The notes under the pieces were generated by a model. The model made no database searches, had not been told where the DNA came from, and saw nothing but the letters and a program-made list of their open reading frames with translations. Positions 1 through 9,001 of a DNA stretch of 64,000 bases are shown piece after piece; position 1 is the stretch's first letter, and every line of letters starts with the position of its first letter. The stretch is from NCBI GenBank assembly GCA_050951545.1, contig JBMNJG010000013.1, forward strand, positions 32,001 through 96,000, written 5' to 3'. This DNA comes from Limnochordia bacterium (GTDB taxonomy: Bacteria; Bacillota; Limnochordia; DTU080). Position numbers and translations under genes: made by a program.

Positions 1-194
1 TGCTCTGAAGGTCGACCGCACCGTGTGGTTCGGTCGCCGAGGGCTGCATGGTATTCCAGCTCGTCAGCGCAGCCTGATCTGTCTCTGGCTTGCCCGTGCA
101 TGGTGCCGATGCTCTTTGGCGAGGTGATTGAATGCAGAGCGAGACATCCTCGGCAAGCTATCCTGTCTCCCGCTTGCTGAAAGCAGAGTGGGGG

Positions 195-447
195 ATTGAG
201 CTCACGGAGCTACTGCTTGTGAGGCACGGTCGATCACTGGCTGACGATGAGCAGAGGATTGAAGGCGGGGGCTATGACTCCCCCTTACGAATCTTGGCGT
301 GGAGCAAGTTTGAAAGCTCGCTGTCAGATTACAGAGAGAGGCTGTGTAGTCGCCCATGGCGGAACGTTGCACATATTGGTCAGACTCGCTCTTGGTCTTC
401 CCATGGTTTTGCCTTATTGGCAACAGCAGGGATTTCGATTCCGGTAG
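195..447 (+). pseudogene. Histidine phosphatase (phosphoglycerate mutase family) remnant, frameshifted and internally deleted
   Basis: 'LLLVRHGRSLAD...DSPL' (RHG motif) lies in one frame and 'VVAHGGTLHIL' (second catalytic His motif) in another, too close together for an intact domain. Confidence 0.7.
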
Positions 448-481
448 CTGGTACTGCGCAGTAGGGAAGGAGTGGAAGCGT

Positions 482-1114
482 ATGAGCTGTTTGGCGGCAT
501 TGGCCCATGGTATCCCCTTCTATGGCGACACTCGCGCTGATATGGTTAGGTTTCTTGCCTGCCATGGTCACCACAAGACCATCAGCCACAGTATGTGCGT
601 TGCCGAAGAAGCAGGGCGCTTGGCCATACGATGGAACGAGAGTGCTGCGCACGCTCAGGTGGCCGGCTGGCTGCACGATATTAGCGCTGTGATCCCAAAT
701 GGCGAACGTATCTCGGTCGCCGAGCACTTAGGTCTCGACATATTGCCCGAAGAGCGCACTGCGCCCATGATCATGCACCAGAAACTGTCGGCGGAGATCG
801 CCTCAGAGTTGTTTGGGGTTTCGAACAAAGAGATCCTCAGCGCCATCGCCTGCCATACAACGCTGAAGGCAGACGCCTCAAAGCTGGACAAGATCGTGTT
901 TGTGGCAGACAAGATTTGCTGGGACCAATCTGGGGATCCGCCGTATCTAGGGCAAATCCTTGAGGCCGCAGAACACTCTCTGGACAAGGCCGCATGCATC
1001 TACCTGGAGTATCTCTGGCGGAGGCGGAACGAGCTGCCAGTCTTACATCCACGGGTTGAAGATGCGCACAAGCAGCTGCGCTGCAGTGGTCTCTTCTCGT
1101 ACGAAGGACCCTGA
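482..1114 (+). CDS. yqeK: HD-domain hydrolase, YqeK-like bis(5'-nucleosyl)-tetraphosphatase
   Basis: Motifs HS..VA, WLHDIS, MHQKLS, AIACHTT, VFVADK; ATG at 482 follows AGGAG. Confidence 0.8.
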   Translation: MSCLAALAHGIPFYGDTRADMVRFLACHGHHKTISHSMCVAEEAGRLAIRWNESAAHAQVAGWLHDISAVIPNGERISVAEHLGLDILPEERTAPMIMHQKLSAEIASELFGVSNKEILSAIACHTTLKADASKLDKIVFVADKICWDQSGDPPYLGQILEAAEHSLDKAACIYLEYLWRRRNELPVLHPRVEDAHKQLRCSGLFSYEGP

Positions 1115-1145
1115 ACCAGCGTTCGGCGGCTGACCGAAGGAGGAC

Positions 1146-1736
1146 ATGATGACAACTATCTGTATGGTACGGCATGGAGAGACTGACTGGAATGCAGCGG
1201 GAAAGATCCAGGGTCAGAAAGACACCGCACTCAATACAAAAGGGCGCGAGCAAGCTAGACTCGCCGGGCTCTATCTGCGTAGATGGCGCTGGGATGCTGT
1301 CTTCACTAGTCCCTTACAGAGGTCAAAAGAGAGCGCCTACATTATCGCGCGTGCGATAGGCATCCATGAGGTACAAGAGATGAACCATTTCCTCGAACGG
1401 GATTTTGGCCAGGCCGAAGGACTTACCTCCGAAGAGAGGCGGCGAAGGTACCCAGATGGAACCGTGCCGGGCCTTGAGCTTTGGGAGCAGCTACGACATC
1501 GGACCATGCAGGGATTAGATGTCCTAGTGAAGGGCTATCCTGGGGGGAAGCTGATCTTAGTAGCTCACGGTGGCGCGATCAATGCCATTCTTGCCACCAT
1601 TTCGGCAGGAAGCATCGGGAGCGGGAAGACGGTCCTTCGCAATGCTGGCCTCAGTTTGATCCACTTCCAGCACGCGATATGGGAAATAGAGTTCTACAAC
1701 TACACGGCTCACCTGGACGCACGTGATTTTGGTTGA
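1146..1736 (+). CDS. Histidine phosphatase family protein
   Basis: VRHGETDWN, SPLQRS, ERDFG, VAHGG motifs; RBS AGGAGG. Confidence 0.9.
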   Translation: MMTTICMVRHGETDWNAAGKIQGQKDTALNTKGREQARLAGLYLRRWRWDAVFTSPLQRSKESAYIIARAIGIHEVQEMNHFLERDFGQAEGLTSEERRRRYPDGTVPGLELWEQLRHRTMQGLDVLVKGYPGGKLILVAHGGAINAILATISAGSIGSGKTVLRNAGLSLIHFQHAIWEIEFYNYTAHLDARDFG

Positions 1737-2203
1737 CTGACCTAGGCAATCGAACACTTGCGCGATCCCTGCAAAACTGGTATCATCGAGACGCAACTGA
1801 CCACCATTGGCGCGCCAGGGCATGCACTGAGTAGCGCGCCGATGATGAAGATGAGTGCTGGGATCACTTGGAAGAGAAGCCAGCGGAGACTGATGAGTCG
1901 TCGTTTTACCTCGGCGAGACAGACAATCTAGGGTATCCGGTGAGCCTGGAAGGTAGCGAGATAGTCATCAGGTCGGGAATGTTGTCGTTTGGCTTCATGT
2001 GCTTTCTGGCCCCCTCTGCGGAGGAGGTTCTGGATTGCGGGCCTCTTGATCAGCCCATGTACGATTTCGCAAGCAAGTTCATCAAGTCCTAGGGTGCTGG
2101 GGCAATGCAGGCGATCGCAGTCCTCGGGCGCCACGCCCTCCGCGGTTGGCCTTCCTGGGGTGCAACTCACTTTAGGGGTAGACGGGAACGATCAACAGCG
2201 CAC

Positions 2204-2435
2204 TTATGCTGTAGCTGAGATGCGGGTACGGCGTCACCAGCGTTCGTTTCGGGAACGTGTCTTGGGGGCCTACCGACGCCAGCGTGCGTTCTGTAGGTTG
2301 CGACACGACGAGCTACTGGATGCTGCTCATGTCGTGCCTGATGCCCATGGCGAGGGCGAGCCCATCGTGCAAAATGGTCTGGCCTCGTGTAGCCTTCACC
2401 ACAGAGCTTTCGATAGGGATTCTATGGAAGTCACG
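2204..2435 (+). pseudogene. HNH endonuclease fragment, diverged copy of 20371..20602
   Basis: Colinear 232-bp nucleotide similarity; HQRSFRERVL, LDAAH, NGL.C..HH; the first Zn-ligand Cys is changed to Arg; no N-terminus. Confidence 0.8.
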
Positions 2436-2651
2436 TGCCATGCGGAATTCTGTGCGGCAGTGCAGTGTGTAGGGCCTTACAGTCTAGCGAAAGCCATTTC
2501 GCATCGGGGGCGGGCCGCCTTTGCTGGGGCGGCCCGTTCCAAATCGAGTCCACACTGGTGGGCTTACCTCGCGCCTCTGAGTGGTACTCTGCTAGCATGG
2601 CATCGCCTATACCTTGGACATCGTCAATAATCGACTTCGGCACGGACGCGC

Positions 2652-2806
2652 CTCATGAACCATTCGCTAAAGAAGGCCGGAAGATCTGTACGTCTGCTCG
2701 CTGAGATGATCAACCGATCCCCTCTTTTCTCACGTTCGCCTCTTCTGGAAGGAAAACGGATAGTGGCTCCTAAGATTCTACCAGGTAATCGTCGGGAGAG
2801 GATACT
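2652..2806 (-). pseudogene. 5' fragment and upstream region of a DUF1848 gene, copy of 50462..50616
   Basis: IISASRRTDLPAFFSEWF is the DUF1848 N-terminus; 23 mismatches in 155 bp versus the intact copy by manual alignment. Confidence 0.8.
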
Positions 2807-3751
2807 ATGCGTCTTCAGGATTTGCACACCCACAGCAGCTATTCCGACGGGAAAAACGACGTGGGCCTCATGGTGTTGGCCGCCGACGTCTACGGTCTAG
2901 ACACCATCGCCATCACGGACCACTACAGTGACCGATATGCCTTCAACATCACTGACTTGGTCCGCGACTGCGAAGCAGCGCGAGAGTGGGCGAACTGCGA
3001 CGTCATGGTTGGTGTAGAGGCCGTGATCACCAGTATCGCGGGCCATGTCTCTGTTACTGATGAGGTATTACCGCACCTGGATCTCGTGCTATGCGAACTA
3101 GGCCCGCAGGTCGTGGAACCCGTGATGACTCTTCCCGTGGAACGTCGGGCGGAGAGTCTTACCCGGGCTATGGTCAATGCGTGTCGCCGTAACCCGTGCA
3201 TACGCATCCTGGCCCATCCCCTCAATATGGCCGCGATTGCGGGCGTCGATCTCAATCAGTTCAGCGAACCCCTCCTGGATGAGTTGGCCACCACATGCAT
3301 CGAGACGGGCGTGGCGTTTGAGGTCATGAGCGACCAGTGGTGGTGGTTTCGCCATCAGCCCATCGATGCCGTCACGGGCAAGTACGCCCGCATCGTCTCC
3401 TACATGGCGTCTAAGGGTGTCGAGTTCACTCTCGGAAGCGACGCCCATAGCCATCAAGGCGTGGGTAACTTCACCTGGGCCCGCCGCGTGCTGTCGTTGA
3501 CAGAGGTGAGCGAGGAACAGATTGCGTACATAGACAGGGGAAGTAGCATGTCTTTGAAAAACATACATAAGACGTCGCCGCGATGTGCCACTTGTTTCTT
3601 GTGGCTGGGTTCCCAGCGCGAGGTGCGTCGGGGAATGCCGAGCATCATCCAATTTGAGGACAACGAACGGGCTACCTGTCGACAGTCCGGCTTGACTAGG
3701 GCCGCTTGGCACGGGGGAGGATGTAGGGACTGGAAACCCTGGATCCGCTAG
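2807..3751 (+). CDS. PHP-domain phosphoesterase with a Cys-rich C-terminal extension
   Basis: DLHTHSSYSDG, ITDH, GVEA, LAHP and GSDAH PHP motifs. Confidence 0.85.
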   Translation: MRLQDLHTHSSYSDGKNDVGLMVLAADVYGLDTIAITDHYSDRYAFNITDLVRDCEAAREWANCDVMVGVEAVITSIAGHVSVTDEVLPHLDLVLCELGPQVVEPVMTLPVERRAESLTRAMVNACRRNPCIRILAHPLNMAAIAGVDLNQFSEPLLDELATTCIETGVAFEVMSDQWWWFRHQPIDAVTGKYARIVSYMASKGVEFTLGSDAHSHQGVGNFTWARRVLSLTEVSEEQIAYIDRGSSMSLKNIHKTSPRCATCFLWLGSQREVRRGMPSIIQFEDNERATCRQSGLTRAAWHGGGCRDWKPWIR

Positions 3752-3841
3752 ATCCGAATGAAGGCCAAAAGAAGGTGCGCGAATTGAACACCGTAGCGTT
3801 GTATGGGCGATGGGAAGGGTGTTTCCCGGCCAATCAGCGTT

Positions 3842-3916
3842 GCAGACAGGGAAGAGTCTGAAACCCAAGAGGTTGAGCGGAAGATCGACCCCGGCAGCAA
3901 GACCACAGGTGTGGCT
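3842..3916 (+). pseudogene. iscB: IscB (IS200/IS605 OMEGA nuclease) remnant, RuvC-I region
   Basis: Translates as ADREESETQEVERKIDPGSKTTGVA, matching the IscB signature (L)KIDPGSKTTG; no full ORF. Confidence 0.6.
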
Positions 3917-4109
3917 ACTCCGATCATCGATCTAGGGGTCGATGCGCCTGTGCCTGACGTGTGGTAGCGAGCCTCGTTAGGCAGAAGGCTGGGTCAGAGA
4001 GGGGGTACCGCATTTGCGGATCAAGGTGAAGCGACCACTGCACGAGCTGTCAACATGCAAGCGCAAAGACGGTACATATGGCCAGGGTTGAGTCTCTGCC
4101 CAGAGCGCG

Positions 4110-5078
4110 TTAGACCCGGGTCGCGTCCCCCAGTGAGGCTTCCCGCAGGTACTTGTCCACGGCGAGGGCAGCTAGGGTTCCTTGAGCGGCCGCTACTACG
4201 ACCTGTCGCACCTGGTGGCAAGCCACGTCGCCGGCGGCAAACACACCGGGCAGCCCCGTGGAGCTATCCTCTGGATCGACTTCGAGGCAGCCTTCGGCCG
4301 TCGTTTGTACGCTGCCGTCCAGATAATCAAGCACAGGCTGATTGCCCGTCAGGTACACAAACACGCCCGACACGGGGCGAGTCTCCTTCGCACCGTCGAC
4401 CTGCAGTGCCACGCCGGTCACAAATCTGTCGCCCTCAATGCCGACAATGCGCGCCCCTTCCAAGAAGGTCACCTTAGGATGTTGCGTGATGATCGCGCGG
4501 TCCTCTGCTGAGAGCTTGCCATGGGGGATCAAATACACTTTCCGGGCGAATTTCGCAACGGTGGCCAGTTCGTCAACCATCATCTCGCTATGACCGACGA
4601 CCGCCACGTCTTTCCCCTCGAAAAACGCCGCATCACAGGTGGCGCAATAGCTGACGCCCTTGCCTATCAGTTCGGCTTCGCCGGCGATGGACGGTTTGCG
4701 TCCCGTCGCCCCGGAGGCGATGATGACGGTACGAGTCCGAAATACGCCATCCAGCGTGATAACCTGCTTGGGATCGCTCCGCAGATCTGTCGTCAGTACC
4801 TGCGACTGGATGATCTCCGCCCCAAAACTCCGAGCCTGCTGGCGAAAACGGTCGAGCAACTCGCTGCCGCTAATCGCTTCGGGCACGCCGGGGTAATTGA
4901 CGATGCGTTCAGTGAGGCCGAGTGCTCCCGCCCGGGGATGCATGTCGACCACAAGGGTTTTGAGTGTGGCCCGAGCGGCGTAGAGGGCCGCACTCAGTCC
5001 AGCTGGCCCTCCGCCGATGATGACCGTATCGTACACTTCTGTCGGTGCTCTTGATCCAAAGGAAATATCCAGTTCCAA
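4110..5078 (-). CDS. trxB: Thioredoxin-disulfide reductase
   Basis: GGGPAG FAD motif, GVSYCATCD redox centre, GVFAAGD. Confidence 0.9.
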   Translation of the reverse strand: MELDISFGSRAPTEVYDTVIIGGGPAGLSAALYAARATLKTLVVDMHPRAGALGLTERIVNYPGVPEAISGSELLDRFRQQARSFGAEIIQSQVLTTDLRSDPKQVITLDGVFRTRTVIIASGATGRKPSIAGEAELIGKGVSYCATCDAAFFEGKDVAVVGHSEMMVDELATVAKFARKVYLIPHGKLSAEDRAIITQHPKVTFLEGARIVGIEGDRFVTGVALQVDGAKETRPVSGVFVYLTGNQPVLDYLDGSVQTTAEGCLEVDPEDSSTGLPGVFAAGDVACHQVRQVVVAAAQGTLAALAVDKYLREASLGDATRV

Positions 5079-5084
5079 AGCCCT

Positions 5085-5783
5085 CTACCTCACGATCAAG
5101 CCGGCTAGCGCCGCTTCTTCCTTAGTGACTTTGCCCGCAGCCATGAGGACGTGCAGGACAGCGGCATCCTCGGGGACCGCCCCTTCTACGTGGTGTTCTT
5201 CATTGATCACTGTGCGCGGCACTCCGTACACATCATAGCGCCGTGCCAGTTCTGGGAACTCCTGTGCCTCCACCATGTCCGCTTTGATCAAGTCGTTGGC
5301 AATCGCCATTTTGTGTGCCAGACGCACAGCGGGCGGGCAATACGGACACGTCGGAGTCGCAAATACTTGAATGTGCACAGGTTTGTCGATCTGCGCCAGC
5401 CGTTCCGTGTTTTCGGGTGACAACCCTGACGATCCCCTGGATACGTCGATCAGGGCCCCCACAAACGTGGTGAACTCGTACCCCGCCGGAATGCCGTAGA
5501 AGCGCACTCCGTAGTCTTTCTGCCCCACAATGGCGATCGCAGGGGCACGAGCAATGCCGTATTCCTCGGCCTCATCTCGGTTGGCATTAAGGTCGTAGAC
5601 CTCGACCGTGATGGAGTCAGAGAGCTCCCCCACCTCAGATACGAGCTGAACCGTCTCCTCACAGTACATGCAGTCTGACGCGTCATGCCCATCTGCAGTA
5701 AATGCGAGCACTCGTACCGGAGCGGTTAGTTCTTTGTCAAATAGCTCCGTCAACGCTTGACGATCGGCTTTCTTGATCAGCAT
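5085..5783 (-). CDS. Protein disulfide oxidoreductase (two thioredoxin folds, AhpF N-terminal-like/PDO)
   Basis: CMYC and CPYC motifs, GIPAGYEF, VYGVP; ATG at 5783 follows an AGGGG RBS. Confidence 0.9.
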   Translation of the reverse strand: MLIKKADRQALTELFDKELTAPVRVLAFTADGHDASDCMYCEETVQLVSEVGELSDSITVEVYDLNANRDEAEEYGIARAPAIAIVGQKDYGVRFYGIPAGYEFTTFVGALIDVSRGSSGLSPENTERLAQIDKPVHIQVFATPTCPYCPPAVRLAHKMAIANDLIKADMVEAQEFPELARRYDVYGVPRTVINEEHHVEGAVPEDAAVLHVLMAAGKVTKEEAALAGLIVR

Positions 5784-5884
5784 CGTGCATCCCCTTTCCG
5801 GGACTTGCCCGTGGTCTTTACCTGCTACGGGATCCGGCAAGCCCCTTGCCCTGATTAAGGATATAGGGAAAGCACATCGTTTCG

Positions 5885-5902
5885 ATGTACGTTTTCGTAC
5901 AT
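5885..5902. promoter_or_regulatory. Crp/Fnr-type palindromic operator ATGTACG-TTTT-CGTACAT upstream of pdo-trxB
   Basis: Perfect 7-bp arms with TGTAC-N6-GTACA geometry; centred about 30 bp upstream of a TATCCT -10 candidate (5863-5858, minus strand). Confidence 0.65.
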
Positions 5903-5912
5903 TGGCGGGGAT

Positions 5913-6605
5913 CTATGTGTCGGCTAGGTCTTGTTGGAGACGGGCGGGATAGACCCGGAGAGGGCCAGTCCGGCGGTAGTCGATGTAGCCAGCGGAGCGG
6001 AATTGGGCAAGCAAAGTGGTGACCTGTTCCCGCGTGGTGTTGATGCGGCTAGCCATTTCCTCATGGGTGGGGCCGTTGTGACATACGCTGCTGCCGTCGG
6101 GCTGGGCTTCGCCGTCTTCAGCCAGGCGCATCAGAAGCAAAGCGAGACGAGTCCGGACCTTGGCGAAGGCGAGTTGGGCGATTTGCTCCTCAAGCGAGCT
6201 AATGCGGTGACAAAAAAGTTGGAGCATGCTTAAGGCACCGTCGCGAGTGGCCGCGAGGTCGATGATCTCCTCGACGCCGATGTGCACCACCTTCGACGGC
6301 TCAATGGCTACAGCCTGCTCGTTGCGATGGTGTTGCTGGCAAAGGCAAAATTGCCCGAACATGTCGCCGGGACCGTGAAGACCAGTCACGAGTTCACGTC
6401 CCTCAGGCGACAACGTGCTCGTGCGCACTTGGCCTGCCTTGACAAGATACAGGCTGTCCACGGGATCACCGTAACCGTAAACTGTTGCCTGGTCTTCCAC
6501 GTCATACGTGCGGCCGAGTTCGGACAACTGCGCGCGTCCGGTCTGAACGAAGTCGAGCAACACCTGGCAATGTCTATGGGAAGGAAAGCCCAAAGCTTGA
6601 TTCAT
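5913..6605 (-). CDS. Crp/Fnr family transcriptional regulator (Cys-rich)
   Basis: cNMP-like domain (YLVKAGQV, GPGDMFG) and HTH THEEMASRINTTREQVT. Confidence 0.9.
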   Translation of the reverse strand: MNQALGFPSHRHCQVLLDFVQTGRAQLSELGRTYDVEDQATVYGYGDPVDSLYLVKAGQVRTSTLSPEGRELVTGLHGPGDMFGQFCLCQQHHRNEQAVAIEPSKVVHIGVEEIIDLAATRDGALSMLQLFCHRISSLEEQIAQLAFAKVRTRLALLLMRLAEDGEAQPDGSSVCHNGPTHEEMASRINTTREQVTTLLAQFRSAGYIDYRRTGPLRVYPARLQQDLADT

Positions 6606-6747
6606 GGCCACTGATCCCTCGCCACAGTATTCGGTGTCTGCAGGGTGTTTCCTACCAGTGAGGCTAGTGCACGCGAGTGGGAGGGGTGGACCAAGGAAAC
6701 GTCCGTGCCGTACGAAGCAGGTCCTTGCACAAGTAGAGGTGAACCCG

Positions 6748-6798
6748 ATGGAGGAAACAGTCATCACGGGCGGCTGTTATTGCGGCGCTATGCAGTAA
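6748..6798 (+). pseudogene. GFA (CENP-V/Mss4-like) family N-terminal remnant
   Basis: MEETVITGGCYCGAMQ* matches the GGC.CGA start of GFA proteins; RBS GAGGTG; premature stop. Confidence 0.55.
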
Positions 6799-6891
6799 GT
6801 TAGGAGCCACTTCCGCCAGGCACGACATCCGGATAGGTCGGGGTAGAGTTTGAACGATATGTGGGTGTGTTGTCGAACACCCTTACGATAT

Positions 6892-6966
6892 GTCTGGCAG
6901 GCGTTTTCAGCGGACGGGACTGAGGTTGGCGGGTTTCGCTGGCGCTGAAACGCAAGATCGTTAGGC
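6892..6966 (+). other. attC site (integron cassette recombination site), R'' degenerate
   Basis: GTCTGGC-aggcgt-TTTCAGCG...CGCTGAA-acgcaagatc-GTTAGGC; L'' carries one extra base relative to L'; a gene starts 19 bp after R'. Confidence 0.7.
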
Positions 6967-6984
6967 AGAGAGGTGACGATCGAA

Positions 6985-7515
6985 ATGAGTGACTCATCCG
7001 TGCAAGAAGAAGGGCAAAGCGTACTCAGCATTTCCGTCCCCGAGGCCAATGGTATCTGTCACTATGTCCGGTCCCGGTACAATGGAGAAGTTCCGCCGGT
7101 TGGCGTTCCAGCTCACATCACGCTACTTTACCCATGGATGCCACCAGGGCGTATCGATGAAACAGTGCTTGCTGAGCTCGCAACAGTGTTTGCCAGTTTT
7201 CCTGCCTTCGAATTCTCGCTTGACTTGGGGTGGTTCGGCCATGAGGTACTGTTGTTGGTTCCCAACGATCCCACTCCGTTCATCGACATGACAAAAGCAA
7301 TCATGCGCCAGTGGCCTGAGTTCAAATACTATGACGGTGATTACGGTGACATAGAGCCTCATGTCACATTGGCGTACGGCAGCGAGTCGAGCCTATCAGA
7401 AGTCGCAGCGGAGATTGCCAGGCAAGTCCCAGTGCGGGCGCGTGCTGGATCCATTTGCCTTAACGTCGGAAAGCCTGGGCAGATGATGACCCGTAAGATG
7501 TTTTTTCTAGATTAG
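6985..7515 (+). CDS. 2H phosphoesterase (2'-5' RNA ligase family), probable gene cassette
   Basis: Two HxT motifs (AHITLL, PHVTLA); RBS GAGGTG directly after the attC. Confidence 0.85.
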   Translation: MSDSSVQEEGQSVLSISVPEANGICHYVRSRYNGEVPPVGVPAHITLLYPWMPPGRIDETVLAELATVFASFPAFEFSLDLGWFGHEVLLLVPNDPTPFIDMTKAIMRQWPEFKYYDGDYGDIEPHVTLAYGSESSLSEVAAEIARQVPVRARAGSICLNVGKPGQMMTRKMFFLD

Positions 7516-7607
7516 AGAGCCTTGTTGACCATTTGGTAGCCCGCCAGACTGCCGCAGTACCATAGACTGGGGGATAGCACTGGAATCATGAATCTGATCC
7601 ATATAGA

Positions 7608-7687
7608 TAGGGACAACCGAATGCAGCGAGCGTGGCGGATTCTCAAAGGACTCGGCCTATCGACTTCCGCTATGGAGCACGTTGGAA
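7608..7687 (+). other. Degenerate attC-like site
   Basis: aaccga-ATGCAGCG...CCGCTATG-gagcac-GTTGGAA; R'' is not recognisable. Confidence 0.35.
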
Positions 7688-7868
7688 GCCACTCAAGCGA
7701 ATTGACCATGCGTCTACACTCGCAGGTCTACTGACGGAATAGGCATTTGCGTAACCATCAGCAGGAAATGGACCCTGTGGGCGAGCCAGGCGTATCCAGT
7801 TGGCCAAACCTAGCGTACTGTGAGGAGAGATCGAGATAGACTCGCAAAGACTTATCGACAGACCCGCA

Positions 7869-8447
7869 TTGCTTGAAGTACTTTCTGAGATCCTGCCAAG
7901 GCTTCAAGCGGTCCTTGGACAGAGCGATTACAGGTTGGTTGGGACTGCTGCGGCCCTGCTTCACGGCTGCGAACTGCCCGTAGGGGATGTTGACTTTCTT
8001 ATGCGAGAACGAGACCACGTTGATGCGTTTGCAGATGCATTGTCTACTCACAACTGCTTAGTCGAGCCGACGTTCCTGCAGTGGTCACCACCGCCCCGTG
8101 AAACAGGTCAGTATTGGTGCCGCTACGATGCTCACGGAATCTGTGTTGAGGCAAGCACAGTGGAGGCAACTACAGAGTCCGACTGCATTGAGGTGATTGG
8201 ATCAGGGCCATGGACTCACTATGTCAGCATAAAGGCAGGTGTGCATCTCTTGCCTACCGTCCGGATTGAACTCAGACTGGCCACCGAACTCAGTCGTAAT
8301 CGAGTACAGAAGTATGAACCGATCGTTGACTGGATGACCAAGAGCGGTTGCGATCTGAGTCTAGTGAAACGAGCTATGAACGCCTGTCGGGTGCCAGCGG
8401 AACGGCAGCGCGATGTCATGTTGAGGCTTACAGGCGTTGCATCGTGA
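7869..8447 (+). CDS. Nucleotidyltransferase-fold protein, probable gene cassette (start may lie about 40 bp further upstream)
   Basis: YRLVGTAAALLHG...GDVDFL (G[ST]...DxD NTase motif); followed by an attC. Confidence 0.7.
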   Translation: MLEVLSEILPRLQAVLGQSDYRLVGTAAALLHGCELPVGDVDFLMRERDHVDAFADALSTHNCLVEPTFLQWSPPPRETGQYWCRYDAHGICVEASTVEATTESDCIEVIGSGPWTHYVSIKAGVHLLPTVRIELRLATELSRNRVQKYEPIVDWMTKSGCDLSLVKRAMNACRVPAERQRDVMLRLTGVAS

Positions 8448-8474
8448 GCTTCTCGCTGTTGCTTAGCGCCTGCT

Positions 8475-8564
8475 GCCCAACAGGTGCATTCACCGGACGG
8501 CGACGGTGTGGGCGCAACTGGCGGAACTGGCGACGGCGGGCGGTGATGCGCAAGATCGTTAGGT
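8475..8564 (+). other. attC site
   Basis: GCCCAAC-aggtgc-ATTCACCG...CGGTGAT-gcgcaagatc-GTTAGGT; fits RYYYAAC/GTTRRRY, with an extra base in L''. Confidence 0.8.
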
Positions 8565-9001
8565 GGTTGGAGCAGGTCGTTAGGGTGAACAGGTCACGTC
8601 GGGAGTGTTGTCTGATGATAGAGGAGGCGGAATGACCACCGACGAACTAAGCACTCACATCTTCTATGTGTCGGGCCACAGGAGCACTAGCGCCAATTGG
8701 ACCAGTGCGCGGGCTGTAGCCGACATCCTGCTGGCATCGGGGTTGGTCGAGCAGGCGGACGTGCGGATAACGGTTGCACCGCCGTCTCGAGAGACGCCTC
8801 ATCAGACGCAGGGCAACGAATCGGAGGAGACTAACGTGGAATCGGGGCCAATCGCTGGGGCCTCGATCGAAGAGAGTGTGCCGCGAAGCATGCCGTCACA
8901 GGCTTAGTTCCTGCGATCGCTGTGAGCATCCAGCTTCACCTGCCGGAAACCGAGTGTACGAGAAACTGCTCGCTGCGCCGTGAGACACCTCCTAACGCCC
9001 A

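Noticed and set aside
1890-1940. Hammerhead-like CTGATGA-GTCG...CGGC-GAGA
   Set aside because: The core has GAGA rather than GAAA, and stems I and III do not form convincingly.
2204-2806. Duplicated fragments as DGR template/variable repeats
   Set aside because: The differences are not adenine-specific, many are synonymous, and there is no reverse transcriptase in the window.
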